Of a DNA stretch of 64,000 bases, positions 22,755 through 32,081 are shown piece by piece. The number at the start of each line of letters is the position of its first letter. Position 1 is the stretch's first letter. This stretch comes from a virus. Its lineage: Duplodnaviria; Caudoviricetes. Both the position numbers and the translations under genes were made by a program. The stretch lies in the IMG/VR virus record IMGVR_UViG_3300033122_000343. One strand, given 5' to 3'. Below the pieces are notes generated by a model. The model was not told the DNA's origin, made no database searches, and saw nothing but the letters and a program-made list of their open reading frames with translations.

Positions 22755-23414
22755 TTAACAATTTTTATTTAAACCCTCTGCCATATTTGCACCAATATCT
22801 GCACCTTGATTACCACCAAACATTGCTACCCATCCTGCTGCTACCCATCCTACGAATGGAATAGTGCTAAGAGCAGGTGCTGCTGCTGCACCAACACTAG
22901 TTCCTACTATTCTACCTGTTCCTTTTGCAGCACCGACTGCTTCAATGCATGCTTCACTTTTTTGTGTGGAAGAATTTATATCTTTTTCCAATGATTTTGT
23001 TGCTGAATCTAACCAAGATCTATGATTTGATACTGAACCACCTTGGTTAATTTGACCATCCATAACATACTCTTCAACAACCTTTTCTGTATTGTCTGCT
23101 AGTCCTAAGAAACCACCCTTCTTCTTAACGTCTTTGGTTATATACATGGTCTTAGGATCGTTTGCTTTATATGAAATAACATATCCATCCGTTGATACAC
23201 TCACTTTGTATGATGTGTAAGGACCTACTGGTGGATTGATGCTTGGTAATGTGGGTTCAGTTTTTCTTGTAGCAAGATGTCCAATCATTCCGATGTGTGA
23301 CACAGCAAAAAGACTACCAACTATACCAAAAGAAATCCATTTCATGTTGATACCAAAATTTGGTTTTTTATTTACTTTAGGTTCCGCCCCAAACATCGCT
23401 TCATCTTGATCCAT
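22755..23414 (-). CDS. Membrane protein with C-terminal glycine-zipper-like segment
   Basis: N-terminal hydrophobic helix; GRIVGTSVGAAA...FGGNQGADIG. Confidence 0.8.
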   Translation of the reverse strand: MDQDEAMFGAEPKVNKKPNFGINMKWISFGIVGSLFAVSHIGMIGHLATRKTEPTLPSINPPVGPYTSYKVSVSTDGYVISYKANDPKTMYITKDVKKKGGFLGLADNTEKVVEEYVMDGQINQGGSVSNHRSWLDSATKSLEKDINSSTQKSEACIEAVGAAKGTGRIVGTSVGAAAAPALSTIPFVGWVAAGWVAMFGGNQGADIGANMAEGLNKNC

Positions 23415-23415
23415 A

Positions 23416-23799
23416 TTATTTACCAGTGCTCTGAGTTACTATTTTAATCGGAGCTTGTTCTATACGTAAGATCTGAGTAGGATAGGATGGTTTACTTCCT
23501 CCAGTACTATCAGAAGAAGCACTCTTTTTCTTACCTGCTGCTTGAACGCCGAATGTGGCTAAAGTTCCTGTAAACACGCTGGCTATGAAAGTTGGATCGA
23601 GTTTTTGTTCTGGTATATTGAACGCTGCTGGCAATTTAACGTACGCTAATGTTAAAATTCCTGCGGACCAAAAAAGTACGATCACTCTTATCAATGTTGA
23701 TAAGTATGCTAGTTGCTCCTCTTTATCATCAATACTCTCTTTAATTTTGGTGATGATATTTTTTGGTTTTTCTTCAGCAACTTTCTTTGTTTCTACCAT
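23416..23799 (-). CDS. Two-TM membrane protein
   Basis: LIRVIVLFWSAGILTLAYV and TFIASVFTGTLATFGV. Confidence 0.8.
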   Translation of the reverse strand: MVETKKVAEEKPKNIITKIKESIDDKEEQLAYLSTLIRVIVLFWSAGILTLAYVKLPAAFNIPEQKLDPTFIASVFTGTLATFGVQAAGKKKSASSDSTGGSKPSYPTQILRIEQAPIKIVTQSTGK

Positions 23800-23813
23800 T
23801 TTTACACATAATA

Positions 23814-23957
23814 CTACTCCCTATTTAGGATAATTACTTCTCTAATACTTTCTGACATTTCTCTGTAACCATTTCCCACATATATTTGACCTGCAACCAC
23901 TGCTATAGAACATATACCCCAAAAAATATAATACCAAGATGACTTTATCTGTTTCAT
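23814..23957 (-). CDS. Small membrane protein (47 aa)
   Basis: Manual translation MKQIKSSWYYIFWGICSIAVVAGQIYVGNGYREMSESIREVIILNRE; TGATG overlap. Confidence 0.7.
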   Translation of the reverse strand: MKQIKSSWYYIFWGICSIAVVAGQIYVGNGYREMSESIREVIILNRE

Positions 23958-24289
23958 CATATTTTAGGAATTCTTTGTAACAATGGTATCAGATCACTCT
24001 CTACTTTGTCTACAATTCTATCCAAAATGTTTATATCTATGTCTAAAAATGGAGGGACTATACCTAATAATCTCAATGTGCCATCAAGAAATAGTGCAAG
24101 ACATGTAAAACCTAAAATCATACTGATAACAGTTGCATCTCTGTTATGTTTTGCCATTGATTCTTCATCAATTCTCCTCGCTTCTGCTACTGCATTACGA
24201 ATAAGTGAATCAATTTCCTCTCTGGAGTATGTGCCAGATCTTTTTAATTCTTCCGACAATGGGAAGTCTTTAAGGATAGTGCTTAACAT
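23957..24289 (-). CDS. Hypothetical membrane protein
   Basis: ISMILGFTCLALFLDGTLRLLGIVPPF. Confidence 0.8.
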   Translation of the reverse strand: MLSTILKDFPLSEELKRSGTYSREEIDSLIRNAVAEARRIDEESMAKHNRDATVISMILGFTCLALFLDGTLRLLGIVPPFLDIDINILDRIVDKVESDLIPLLQRIPKI

Positions 24290-24317
24290 ACATTTTTAGG
24301 TATATTTATCTATACCT

Positions 24318-24491
24318 TTACTTATTTGAGATGTATTTGCCAGTATTTTTGTCGAAAACACGATATTCACCTCTTTTCAAAGGAGTTTGTTTAGCATACC
24401 TTAAATCTCTTTTAAATTGTTTATAAGTTTTTCTTTTTTCGTTGGCAGATTTAAGGAGTTCGTCTTTTACATCTTCGTTACTTAATTCCAT
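24318..24491 (-). CDS. Small basic hypothetical protein (57 aa)
   Basis: Manual translation MELSNEDVKDELLKSANEKRK...PLKRGEYRVFDKNTGKYISNK; fills the gap. Confidence 0.65.
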   Translation of the reverse strand: MELSNEDVKDELLKSANEKRKTYKQFKRDLRYAKQTPLKRGEYRVFDKNTGKYISNK

Positions 24492-24707
24492 TTAAGGAGT
24501 TGGTATTGGTAAACCTGTTGTCTTTGGTAGGGAGGGAGTCATTGAAGGTAATTTTTTGCTCAATGTTTTTTGTATCTCCTCTGTTGCATATGATTTTACT
24601 TTAGTAATCACTGCATCTTTGTTTACAAAAAGATAAACACCACCACCTATAAGTGATAGAGATACGATCCCTGAGAGAATTGCAATACCATTAACTATTT
24701 TTTGCAT
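24492..24707 (-). CDS. Small single-TM protein
   Basis: MQKIVNGIAILSGIVSLSLIGGGVYLF, Pro-rich tail. Confidence 0.8.
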   Translation of the reverse strand: MQKIVNGIAILSGIVSLSLIGGGVYLFVNKDAVITKVKSYATEEIQKTLSKKLPSMTPSLPKTTGLPIPTP

Positions 24708-24900
24708 AACTATTTTCCGCTATGGTTCTCAAGTATTCTTGAAATTTTTCTTCAATATTATCTATGCTATTATTATTTTCCACATAATCATTACAAAATT
24801 CAAACACTGCACGACAGTGATCATTTAAATGTGAAGACAAAGCAATAAAACAATCTGCTCTCAACTGTAAATATTCATCTGAATATTTTGGATTATCCAT
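24691..24900 (-). CDS. Hypothetical protein
   Basis: Likely start MDNPKYSDEYLQLR; the longer extension overlaps the neighbouring gene. Confidence 0.65.
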   Translation of the reverse strand: MDNPKYSDEYLQLRADCFIALSSHLNDHCRAVFEFCNDYVENNNSIDNIEEKFQEYLRTIAENSYAKNS

Positions 24901-25228
24901 TTCTTGTGGATCTAATAAAGTGCGTCGCAGATAGGACAACCAACGGTTCTTTGCCATTTTTTTTGATGAATACGATAGGTTCATGATTTCCTGAGTTACT
25001 AGATGCCTGTTCATATGCATCCCATACATTCAATTTTTCCTGATTCTTACACTCTATACTATACGGAAATTTTTTTCTTGCATCTCTGGCCATAATTAAA
25101 TCTTCACCACCTGCACCCATGCTTCTAGATTCAATATCCTCTGGATGCACGTCCAATTGTTCTATCAATTGATTACGAACCCACTGCTGAAGTTTCCTTC
25201 CTTTCGCTTTCGCTGACTGTGGTTTCAT
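24893..25228 (-). CDS. PD-(D/E)xK nuclease, resolvase-like
   Basis: AKAKGR, MGAGGEDL, IECKNQE. Confidence 0.7.
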   Translation of the reverse strand: MKPQSAKAKGRKLQQWVRNQLIEQLDVHPEDIESRSMGAGGEDLIMARDARKKFPYSIECKNQEKLNVWDAYEQASSNSGNHEPIVFIKKNGKEPLVVLSATHFIRSTRNG

Positions 25229-25916
25229 TTAATATTCTCCAAGTGTCATGATAATCACTAACTTCAGTTACTAAACCCACATCTGAATTTAGTATTGCTT
25301 GACCAAGAGGGTAATCGTTTTCCCCCTCCTTTAATTTATCTCCGAAAAAATGTAGACGTTCTCCGTACATAAAGTCACGAAGTATTTGACTCTTATCTTT
25401 ATTAGATATATCAAGACCTGTTTGACCTCCAATCTGCACGTTGAGATCTGGAAATCTATCTGTCAACCTCGCAGCAATATCTCTTCTTTCATTTGTATTT
25501 TTATCCCACTTCACATACTCTTCTCTTTCGACAATGTTTACACCGCCACCCCTACCTAATACACTAAAATTTACTCCACCAGGTCTTTCCTCAATATGTA
25601 AACCATTTCTTACAGGAAACTGACTATAATCTAATTCATCTTGTAAAAATTTTTTAACGTCATCTGGTAGTCTCCACGATGAACGATATACGTTTTCCCC
25701 TTTCACCCACACGTCTGCACCAGAACAGTTATAAACTCTTTTTGCTCTGTAACAAATATCTAATCCTAATTGCTCAACTGTTTTTTCTCTATCACTACCA
25801 GTGACAAGATATACGTCATGTTTACAGCAAAACTTTATCATAAAAGTTTGAAAACTTGAATCAATTTGTTGTCTGCTTGGAGTTAGCGTCCCATCAACAT
25901 CAAAGATGTATTTCAT
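25173..25916 (-). CDS. HAD-IIB phosphomannomutase-like
   Basis: FDVDGTLT, VTGSD, FFGDK, GENDY. Confidence 0.85.
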   Translation of the reverse strand: MKYIFDVDGTLTPSRQQIDSSFQTFMIKFCCKHDVYLVTGSDREKTVEQLGLDICYRAKRVYNCSGADVWVKGENVYRSSWRLPDDVKKFLQDELDYSQFPVRNGLHIEERPGGVNFSVLGRGGGVNIVEREEYVKWDKNTNERRDIAARLTDRFPDLNVQIGGQTGLDISNKDKSQILRDFMYGERLHFFGDKLKEGENDYPLGQAILNSDVGLVTEVSDYHDTWRILNETTVSESERKETSAVGS

Positions 25917-27049
25917 AATTTAAATCCTGCAAAGGTGTTTTTCTTTACGTCTTGTTTTATACCACCTACAACATAAGATTCCACTTCAGTTTCTTGTGGT
26001 GCAACCTGTAGACCTTTTGATGAGATCCAATGTTGTGTCCATGGTAATGGGTTGCTTCTTGCAGGTACATCAAAGATAGGTTTTATACCTATTGATTTCA
26101 TTCTGCGATTAGCAATCCACTCAACGTATTTTGATAAGAGTTTCTCATTTAAACCTATCATGCTTCCATTTTTAAACAAGTAATTCGCCCAACTTTTCTC
26201 TTCTTGAACTGTATTTCTAAACATTTCAGTAACATTCTCTTTCTCTTCGTCAACAATCTCTAACATATCGGGATCATCACCCTCTGCCCACTTGTTTAAG
26301 ATTTGCTGCGTGAGGACAAGATGCTGGTTCTCATCTCTGGCAATGAGCGATATAATTTTCGCCGACCCTTCCATGGTCTTGAGTTCGCCAAAAGCAAAAG
26401 AGCAAGCAAAAGACACATAGAACCTAATGCCTTCCAAGATATTGACATTCGCAACTGCCCTATAGAGACTTCTTTTGATCTCTTTGATTTCGTAATTAGA
26501 TGTCGGAGATTTAGTATTCCAAAGACACCCTTGACTCCACTGTTGTGCATGGTTGATGAATTCATCATATGCTTTGGTAACAGATTTTGCTCTCTCTAAT
26601 ATTTTTTCATTATCTAATATTGTGTCAAATACTTCAGAGGGATCTGCGTATACATTTTTTATTATGTATGTGTATGACCTACTATGAATCATCTCCATGA
26701 ATTGCCATACATTCATAGCACCTTCCAGTTCTGGCAAGGAACAATAGGGAGTAAATGCCATTCCAGGTCCTCGACCCTGAACACTATCCAGTAGTATTTG
26801 ATACTTTAAATTGCTTGTAAATATATGCTTTTGCTCATCTGTTAATTCTTGATAATCACTACGATCTTTCTGTAAAGATACTTCTTCAGGTCTCCAGAAG
26901 TATCCCAACATTTGATTTGTTATTTTATCAAACACAGGATGTTTATATGTATCGTACCTTTGCACACCTAATGGTGCTCCAAAGAACATAGGTTGTTTAG
27001 TACTATTAACCTTACTGTCATTAAAGACAGTCATTTGTTTTACAGGCAT
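25913..27049 (-). CDS. nrdB: Ribonucleotide reductase class I beta subunit
   Basis: FWRPEEV, EMIHSRSY, LEGIRFYVSF, RDENQH, APQETE. Confidence 0.98.
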   Translation of the reverse strand: MPVKQMTVFNDSKVNSTKQPMFFGAPLGVQRYDTYKHPVFDKITNQMLGYFWRPEEVSLQKDRSDYQELTDEQKHIFTSNLKYQILLDSVQGRGPGMAFTPYCSLPELEGAMNVWQFMEMIHSRSYTYIIKNVYADPSEVFDTILDNEKILERAKSVTKAYDEFINHAQQWSQGCLWNTKSPTSNYEIKEIKRSLYRAVANVNILEGIRFYVSFACSFAFGELKTMEGSAKIISLIARDENQHLVLTQQILNKWAEGDDPDMLEIVDEEKENVTEMFRNTVQEEKSWANYLFKNGSMIGLNEKLLSKYVEWIANRRMKSIGIKPIFDVPARSNPLPWTQHWISSKGLQVAPQETEVESYVVGGIKQDVKKNTFAGFKL

Positions 27050-27057
27050 TTTTTTTT

Positions 27058-29337
27058 TTAAATTTTGCAGGACTCACACTCATCAGCATTTTCGATGTCA
27101 CATATAAGTGATTCGATAGATTTTTCTTCTACTTCATCTGTTTTACAATCATTAGTGTTTTGATAATATGATGTTTTCCAACCGTACTTGTAGGTTGATA
27201 AAAGATCCTGTGCTATGACAGACACTGGAACTTCATTATTTTCATAATGTTCTGGATTGTAACTCCAGTTGCCAGAAATTGCTTGATCAAAAAATTTCTG
27301 CATCACTGCTGTCACTTTGATATACCCATCGTTACTTGGCATATCCCACAATAAAGTATAATTATTTTTTAATGTTGAATAAGAAGGAACAATTTGTTTC
27401 AAAGGTCCTTTCTTGCTTTTTTTAACGGACAGATAATCTCTAGGGGGTTCGATACCATTCGTTGCATTTGACACAATAGAACTGCTTTCTGAAGGCATTT
27501 GTGCTGATAGTGTACTGTGTCTTAGTCCTGACTTCTTTATCGACTCCCGAAGAGTTTCCCAATCATGTTGGTACTTCGGATTTGTTATTTGATCCACATC
27601 CTTCTTATATGTATCAATAGGAAGTACTCCATCTGAGTATTTTGTATGTGTAAAACCGTCACATTTTCCTTTTTCTTTTGCAAGATTATTTGATGCCTTT
27701 AAAAGAAAAAATTGAAAGGATTCAGAAAGACCATGAACCGCATCCCACGCCTCTTGTGAGTCATATTTATGCCCTAATTTGGCAAGATAATGTGCTAAAC
27801 CTATAAAACCTACCCCAAGCGATCTTCTTGACTTTGTAGCAACTTCTGCTGCCTTTACTGGATACTTCTGATAGTCTATTAATTCATCTAAAGCACGAAC
27901 TGATAAGTCACATAATTTTTCAAATTCACTATCTGATTTAACTTTTCCTACATTGATAGCAGAGAGTATACATAATGCTATTTCTCCTGCACCATCTATA
28001 TGTTGTATCGGATCTGTAGGAAGAGTAATCTCTTGACACAAGTTACTCATATTCACCTTGTCTTTGAAAGATGAATGTGAATTACAATGGTCAATATTCA
28101 TTATGTAAATTCTACCTGTCTCTGCTCGCTCTTTAAGGAGGTCTCCGATGAGTTTTTGTGCTGAGATTCTGGTGTGTGGGATCGATTCATCAAGTTCGTA
28201 ACGGCAATATAACTCATCAAAAGAATCGGTCCCAAAACTCTCATAAAGGTCAGGAACATTATGAGGGGAAAATAACGTGATTTCCTTATCTTCGATAAAA
28301 CGTTCATAAAAAAGTTTAGAAAGTTGAATACTATAGTCTAGTTTACGAACTCTATTGTCCTCTGTGCCTTTATTATTTTTAAGAACTAATATATCTTCTA
28401 TTTCTTGGTGCCAGATTGGGAAGTGGACAGTCGCTGATCCACCTCTAATGCCGTTCTGAGTGCAACATCTGACAGTGCTTTCAAACTTTTTGAGGAAAGG
28501 TATAACGCCTGTGTGTTGTACTTCTCCACCACGGATTTTGCTGTTGATACCCCTAATCCTACCTGCGTTGATACCGATACCCGCCCTTTGTGCAACATAT
28601 TTGCCGATAGCCATATCAGAACTAAAGATGCTATCGAGGGTGTCATCAATGTCAACAAGAACACAACTAGCAAATTGTCTAAGTGGTGTTCTAACCCCAC
28701 CCATAATGGGAGTGGGAATGTTGATTTTGTGTTTGCTGATCGCACGGTAGTACTTTTGAACATAACTTAGTCGTGTTTCTTTAGGATATTTTGCAAATAT
28801 TGTCATCGATATTAAGACATACATAAACTGTGGTGTTTCATATATCGCACCACTGCTACGGTCTTGTACAAGATATTTATCGACCACTTGTCTAAGACCC
28901 GCATATGTAAATAGGAAATCCCTGTCGTGATCTAGAAAATTTTCTATCTCGTTTATTTCTTCATCAGTGTAATTTGTTAATACTTCTTTGTCATATACAC
29001 CATCATTTACACATTTTTTAATGTGTTCTAATAAATTTGGTGTATCAAAATAATAACCATACAAACTTTTTCTAAGTGCAAATAATAATAATCTTGCAGC
29101 AACAAATTGATAATTTGGATTTGATAATGTAATCAAATCATTAGAAGATTTAATTAATATTTCTTGTATCTCAGCAGTTGATATACCGTCATAGAATTGA
29201 ATACCAGAATTCATTTCAATTTGTGATGCGGATACACCTGCTAAACCTTTACATGACTGTTCTACCATGACATGCATTTTTTCTAAATCCAGAGGTTCTA
29301 CAGAACCGTTTCTTTTCTTGACATTTATGTCATTCAT
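27058..29337 (-). CDS. nrdA: Ribonucleotide reductase class I alpha subunit
   Basis: ATP cone, QFASCVL, SNLCQEI, C-terminal CESC. Confidence 0.98.
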   Translation of the reverse strand: MNDINVKKRNGSVEPLDLEKMHVMVEQSCKGLAGVSASQIEMNSGIQFYDGISTAEIQEILIKSSNDLITLSNPNYQFVAARLLLFALRKSLYGYYFDTPNLLEHIKKCVNDGVYDKEVLTNYTDEEINEIENFLDHDRDFLFTYAGLRQVVDKYLVQDRSSGAIYETPQFMYVLISMTIFAKYPKETRLSYVQKYYRAISKHKINIPTPIMGGVRTPLRQFASCVLVDIDDTLDSIFSSDMAIGKYVAQRAGIGINAGRIRGINSKIRGGEVQHTGVIPFLKKFESTVRCCTQNGIRGGSATVHFPIWHQEIEDILVLKNNKGTEDNRVRKLDYSIQLSKLFYERFIEDKEITLFSPHNVPDLYESFGTDSFDELYCRYELDESIPHTRISAQKLIGDLLKERAETGRIYIMNIDHCNSHSSFKDKVNMSNLCQEITLPTDPIQHIDGAGEIALCILSAINVGKVKSDSEFEKLCDLSVRALDELIDYQKYPVKAAEVATKSRRSLGVGFIGLAHYLAKLGHKYDSQEAWDAVHGLSESFQFFLLKASNNLAKEKGKCDGFTHTKYSDGVLPIDTYKKDVDQITNPKYQHDWETLRESIKKSGLRHSTLSAQMPSESSSIVSNATNGIEPPRDYLSVKKSKKGPLKQIVPSYSTLKNNYTLLWDMPSNDGYIKVTAVMQKFFDQAISGNWSYNPEHYENNEVPVSVIAQDLLSTYKYGWKTSYYQNTNDCKTDEVEEKSIESLICDIENADECESCKI

Positions 29338-30323
29338 ACTTTTTTCCAAGTGTTAAATTTTAGTTCTGCCTCTAATCCAGAGTATGTATTAGATTCTAAT
29401 AAGGTTTGGATGTTGCGTCCACCAAGAACCATATCATTGATGTCTTTTTGTTGCACATTTGATGGCCAAATCACAACTTTTCTACCCTTTTTAATGCATT
29501 TTATAATCCTGTTACATATTTCTTTATTACGAGGTTCGTTATCATAAGTGTAAACCAATTCACTATCTTCTAAAAAAGATAATCCACTGTCACTTCCACA
29601 CATAGCAACACTATTTTTTACAAAGGTGCTGTCAAAAGGACCTTCTACAACATACACAGGAAGTGTTTTATCAACCTCATCCAACCCATAGATTTTTGGA
29701 GCATCTTCATCAAACATAAGTGTAAGATATTTAGGTTGTACCCATGCATCCATGCTCCTACCTTGTATACCAATTAAGTTTTTATTTTCATCGTATAAAG
29801 GTATCACTATCCTTGCATGATCCTTTGCAGTATCACTGAAAGTAGGTTTTAAAGTGTTGCAATAACGTTTAAATTTCTCTGTGTAATAAAATTTATCAGG
29901 ATTTATTTTTCTACTTTTTAAATATTTTGATGCTCTAATATGTTTTGATGCTTTATCAATATTTAACTTTTTCTTAAAGACTGGTTTGTTTATAAGTTTT
30001 TTAAAATCAGGTGCTTCAACGGATGATGATCCTTTAATTCCTGCAAATCCCTCCTTAAACTTCTCCATAGTATATTGTTTATAAAGGGTCGTATCTAATC
30101 CCTTTAGAAAATTTTTAAATGAAGAACTTGCACCACAGTTATGGCACTTAAAGTTTGTGTTTACTTTGACCTGATAAAAATATCCTCTTGCCTTATTCTT
30201 GTGTTTCTGAGAATCACCACAAATCGGACAACGAAAATTGTAAAGATTTGGTTTAATTCTTTTGAACTTATCAAGTCTTGAGGATATGAGACCAATGTAT
30301 TTGGAATCAATTATATCCATCAA
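29334..30323 (-). CDS. gp61: DNA primase (T4 gp61)
   Basis: FRCPICGDS, CHNC, VVEGPFDS, DNEPRN. Confidence 0.96.
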   Translation of the reverse strand: MMDIIDSKYIGLISSRLDKFKRIKPNLYNFRCPICGDSQKHKNKARGYFYQVKVNTNFKCHNCGASSSFKNFLKGLDTTLYKQYTMEKFKEGFAGIKGSSSVEAPDFKKLINKPVFKKKLNIDKASKHIRASKYLKSRKINPDKFYYTEKFKRYCNTLKPTFSDTAKDHARIVIPLYDENKNLIGIQGRSMDAWVQPKYLTLMFDEDAPKIYGLDEVDKTLPVYVVEGPFDSTFVKNSVAMCGSDSGLSFLEDSELVYTYDNEPRNKEICNRIIKCIKKGRKVVIWPSNVQQKDINDMVLGGRNIQTLLESNTYSGLEAELKFNTWKKV

Positions 30324-30326
30324 AAA

Positions 30327-30713
30327 TCATCTTATAGAAGCTGGTGTATCTATCTTAGCAGGTATTTGTGATGCGGGCATTAATATCCTTTGACCTATCG
30401 GTGAAACGATAAAACTTATTATAGTTAAAGATCCAGCGATAGTCCACATTTTCTTTTCGATTGTTCTTAGTCTATTATCTACAAGCATGATATCTCTTTC
30501 ACATCCTTTCTTAATATCTGTTGCATGACGATCTAATTTTTGATCTACTTGTTCAATTTTTTCAAATAATACTGCATCAATTCTGTCCTGTTTATCAAGT
30601 TTTTCGTTATGAACTGCAAGAAGTTGTCCCATCTTTACAGAGTTCTCCTGTAGAGATTGAACAACTTTCTCTAATCTTTCAAGTATAGCAGCATTAACGT
30701 TTTGATTTTCCAC
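30327..30713 (-). CDS. Coiled-coil protein with C-terminal TM helix
   Basis: Heptad-rich region followed by MWTIAGSLTIISFIV. Confidence 0.8.
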   Translation of the reverse strand: MENQNVNAAILERLEKVVQSLQENSVKMGQLLAVHNEKLDKQDRIDAVLFEKIEQVDQKLDRHATDIKKGCERDIMLVDNRLRTIEKKMWTIAGSLTIISFIVSPIGQRILMPASQIPAKIDTPASIR

Positions 30714-30903
30714 GAACCTGTTGTAAACGTTTACGATAGAACATGTTTAATTTTCTACCATATTTTTTTCTTAAATCCATGACTTTATCATAACCAGCAA
30801 CTGGATTTTTTGATTTACTACTAAAACCAGCATCACCTGTTTTGCCAGGATCAGTAGACATCATCTCTTCTCTTATGATATTTATGATCCTATTAATATT
30901 CAT
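30694..30903 (-). CDS. Small basic hypothetical protein
   Basis: MNINRIINIIREEM...PVAGYD; TAATG overlap. Confidence 0.7.
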   Translation of the reverse strand: MNINRIINIIREEMMSTDPGKTGDAGFSSKSKNPVAGYDKVMDLRKKYGRKLNMFYRKRLQQVRGKSKR

Positions 30904-31274
30904 TAGACTCTGTGTAGAATACGTTCGCATTCATCATCTATAGGTATTTCATTTAACCCACTTTTAGGATAGACAGGCACTCGATTTAAGAATACCAAAA
31001 ATGTCTTTAATATAGACCAATATTCCTTATCAATTTTATAAAAAAGAAGAGGTATGGTTGCCTCTCCGAAAACATTGAAACATATTATTAGATGATTAAG
31101 GAGCAAATGATGCTTCAATTCACCATGAGTAATATATTTTTTGAATAATCTTTTTATATATTTAAATCTTTTAAGATCCTCCTCAAAATCTTCTATGGTA
31201 GCAGCTTGAGGATTTTCATAATGTTTAATTGCAAATAGAAGATGATTCTCTTCGTTCAATTCATCAAATCTCAT
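30903..31274 (-). CDS. Conserved T4-like phage hypothetical protein
   Basis: FAIKHYENP, EDLKRFKYIKRL, LLNH. Confidence 0.85.
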   Translation of the reverse strand: MRFDELNEENHLLFAIKHYENPQAATIEDFEEDLKRFKYIKRLFKKYITHGELKHHLLLNHLIICFNVFGEATIPLLFYKIDKEYWSILKTFLVFLNRVPVYPKSGLNEIPIDDECERILHRV

Positions 31275-31278
31275 TCAT

Positions 31279-31818
31279 TTATTGAGGAGTAGGATAATCT
31301 ATACCATTAGATCCAGTTGTAATACCTGAGTTGGCAACTAATACTTCTGTTTTGACTCTTGCATTTCCATGCATATCAGTGTATGTAGTAACTCCTACCC
31401 AACCTGCATGTGCTATATGAAACTTGTCCGACCTTGATGGCACGTCAGGACCTGCACCGTAAACTAATTTGTCATCAGTTCCAGATGAACTCTCGCTGTA
31501 AGTTACATCCCCTACTGTGCTGATAGGTAATTCACTGATGTGATAAGATGTTCCTGCAATACTTGGTCCGTTAAGTGCTAATCCTGATGTAGATCCAATC
31601 GTAAGAGATGTGGAACTAGCAATACTTGTGATAACTGCATCACCAAAATATGTACCACCAATACCACGAAAACCTAATCTGATTATGTCCCCTGTCTGGG
31701 CAAAACCAGTTAATCCAAATTTAGAATTATGCTCTTCACCTGTAACTGTTTTAGTAGCATATGTAAGTGTTACTATTCCAGCACTAGCAATATTATCTGA
31801 TTTTCCCCAGAGTGCCAT
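31279..31818 (-). CDS. Putative virion structural protein
   Basis: MALWG...HAGWVG...KTEVLVA; G/S/T-rich; late promoter at 31846-31852. Confidence 0.7.
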   Translation of the reverse strand: MALWGKSDNIASAGIVTLTYATKTVTGEEHNSKFGLTGFAQTGDIIRLGFRGIGGTYFGDAVITSIASSTSLTIGSTSGLALNGPSIAGTSYHISELPISTVGDVTYSESSSGTDDKLVYGAGPDVPSRSDKFHIAHAGWVGVTTYTDMHGNARVKTEVLVANSGITTGSNGIDYPTPQ

Positions 31819-31855
31819 GGTTTACCGTCTTGTTTTTACTAATGATATTTATGGT

Positions 31856-32050
31856 TTAACGTGCTTTAATTGCTTTTTCTACTTGAGCAAACAATTTATC
31901 ATCAGCATCTGTCTTGGTTAATTTAACTGCTTTGCCGATGATGACTAAACACACATCAATTAATTTTTCTCCTAATTCTGAATCATCAGGAATTTTATTT
32001 ACAGCATCAGTAATTATTTTTGATGCAAAAGGAAGTAGAAATGAAAACAT
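31856..32050 (-). CDS. Small hypothetical protein
   Basis: ORF track; amphipathic, TKTDADDKL. Confidence 0.8.
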   Translation of the reverse strand: MFSFLLPFASKIITDAVNKIPDDSELGEKLIDVCLVIIGKAVKLTKTDADDKLFAQVEKAIKAR

Positions 32051-32081
32051 AATCTTTAATCTATACCCTTTATATAGGTAG

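Noticed and set aside
24901-25029. N-terminal extension of ORF 24691..25029
   Set aside because: Lies within the nuclease gene in another frame; the internal ATG at 24900 is more plausible
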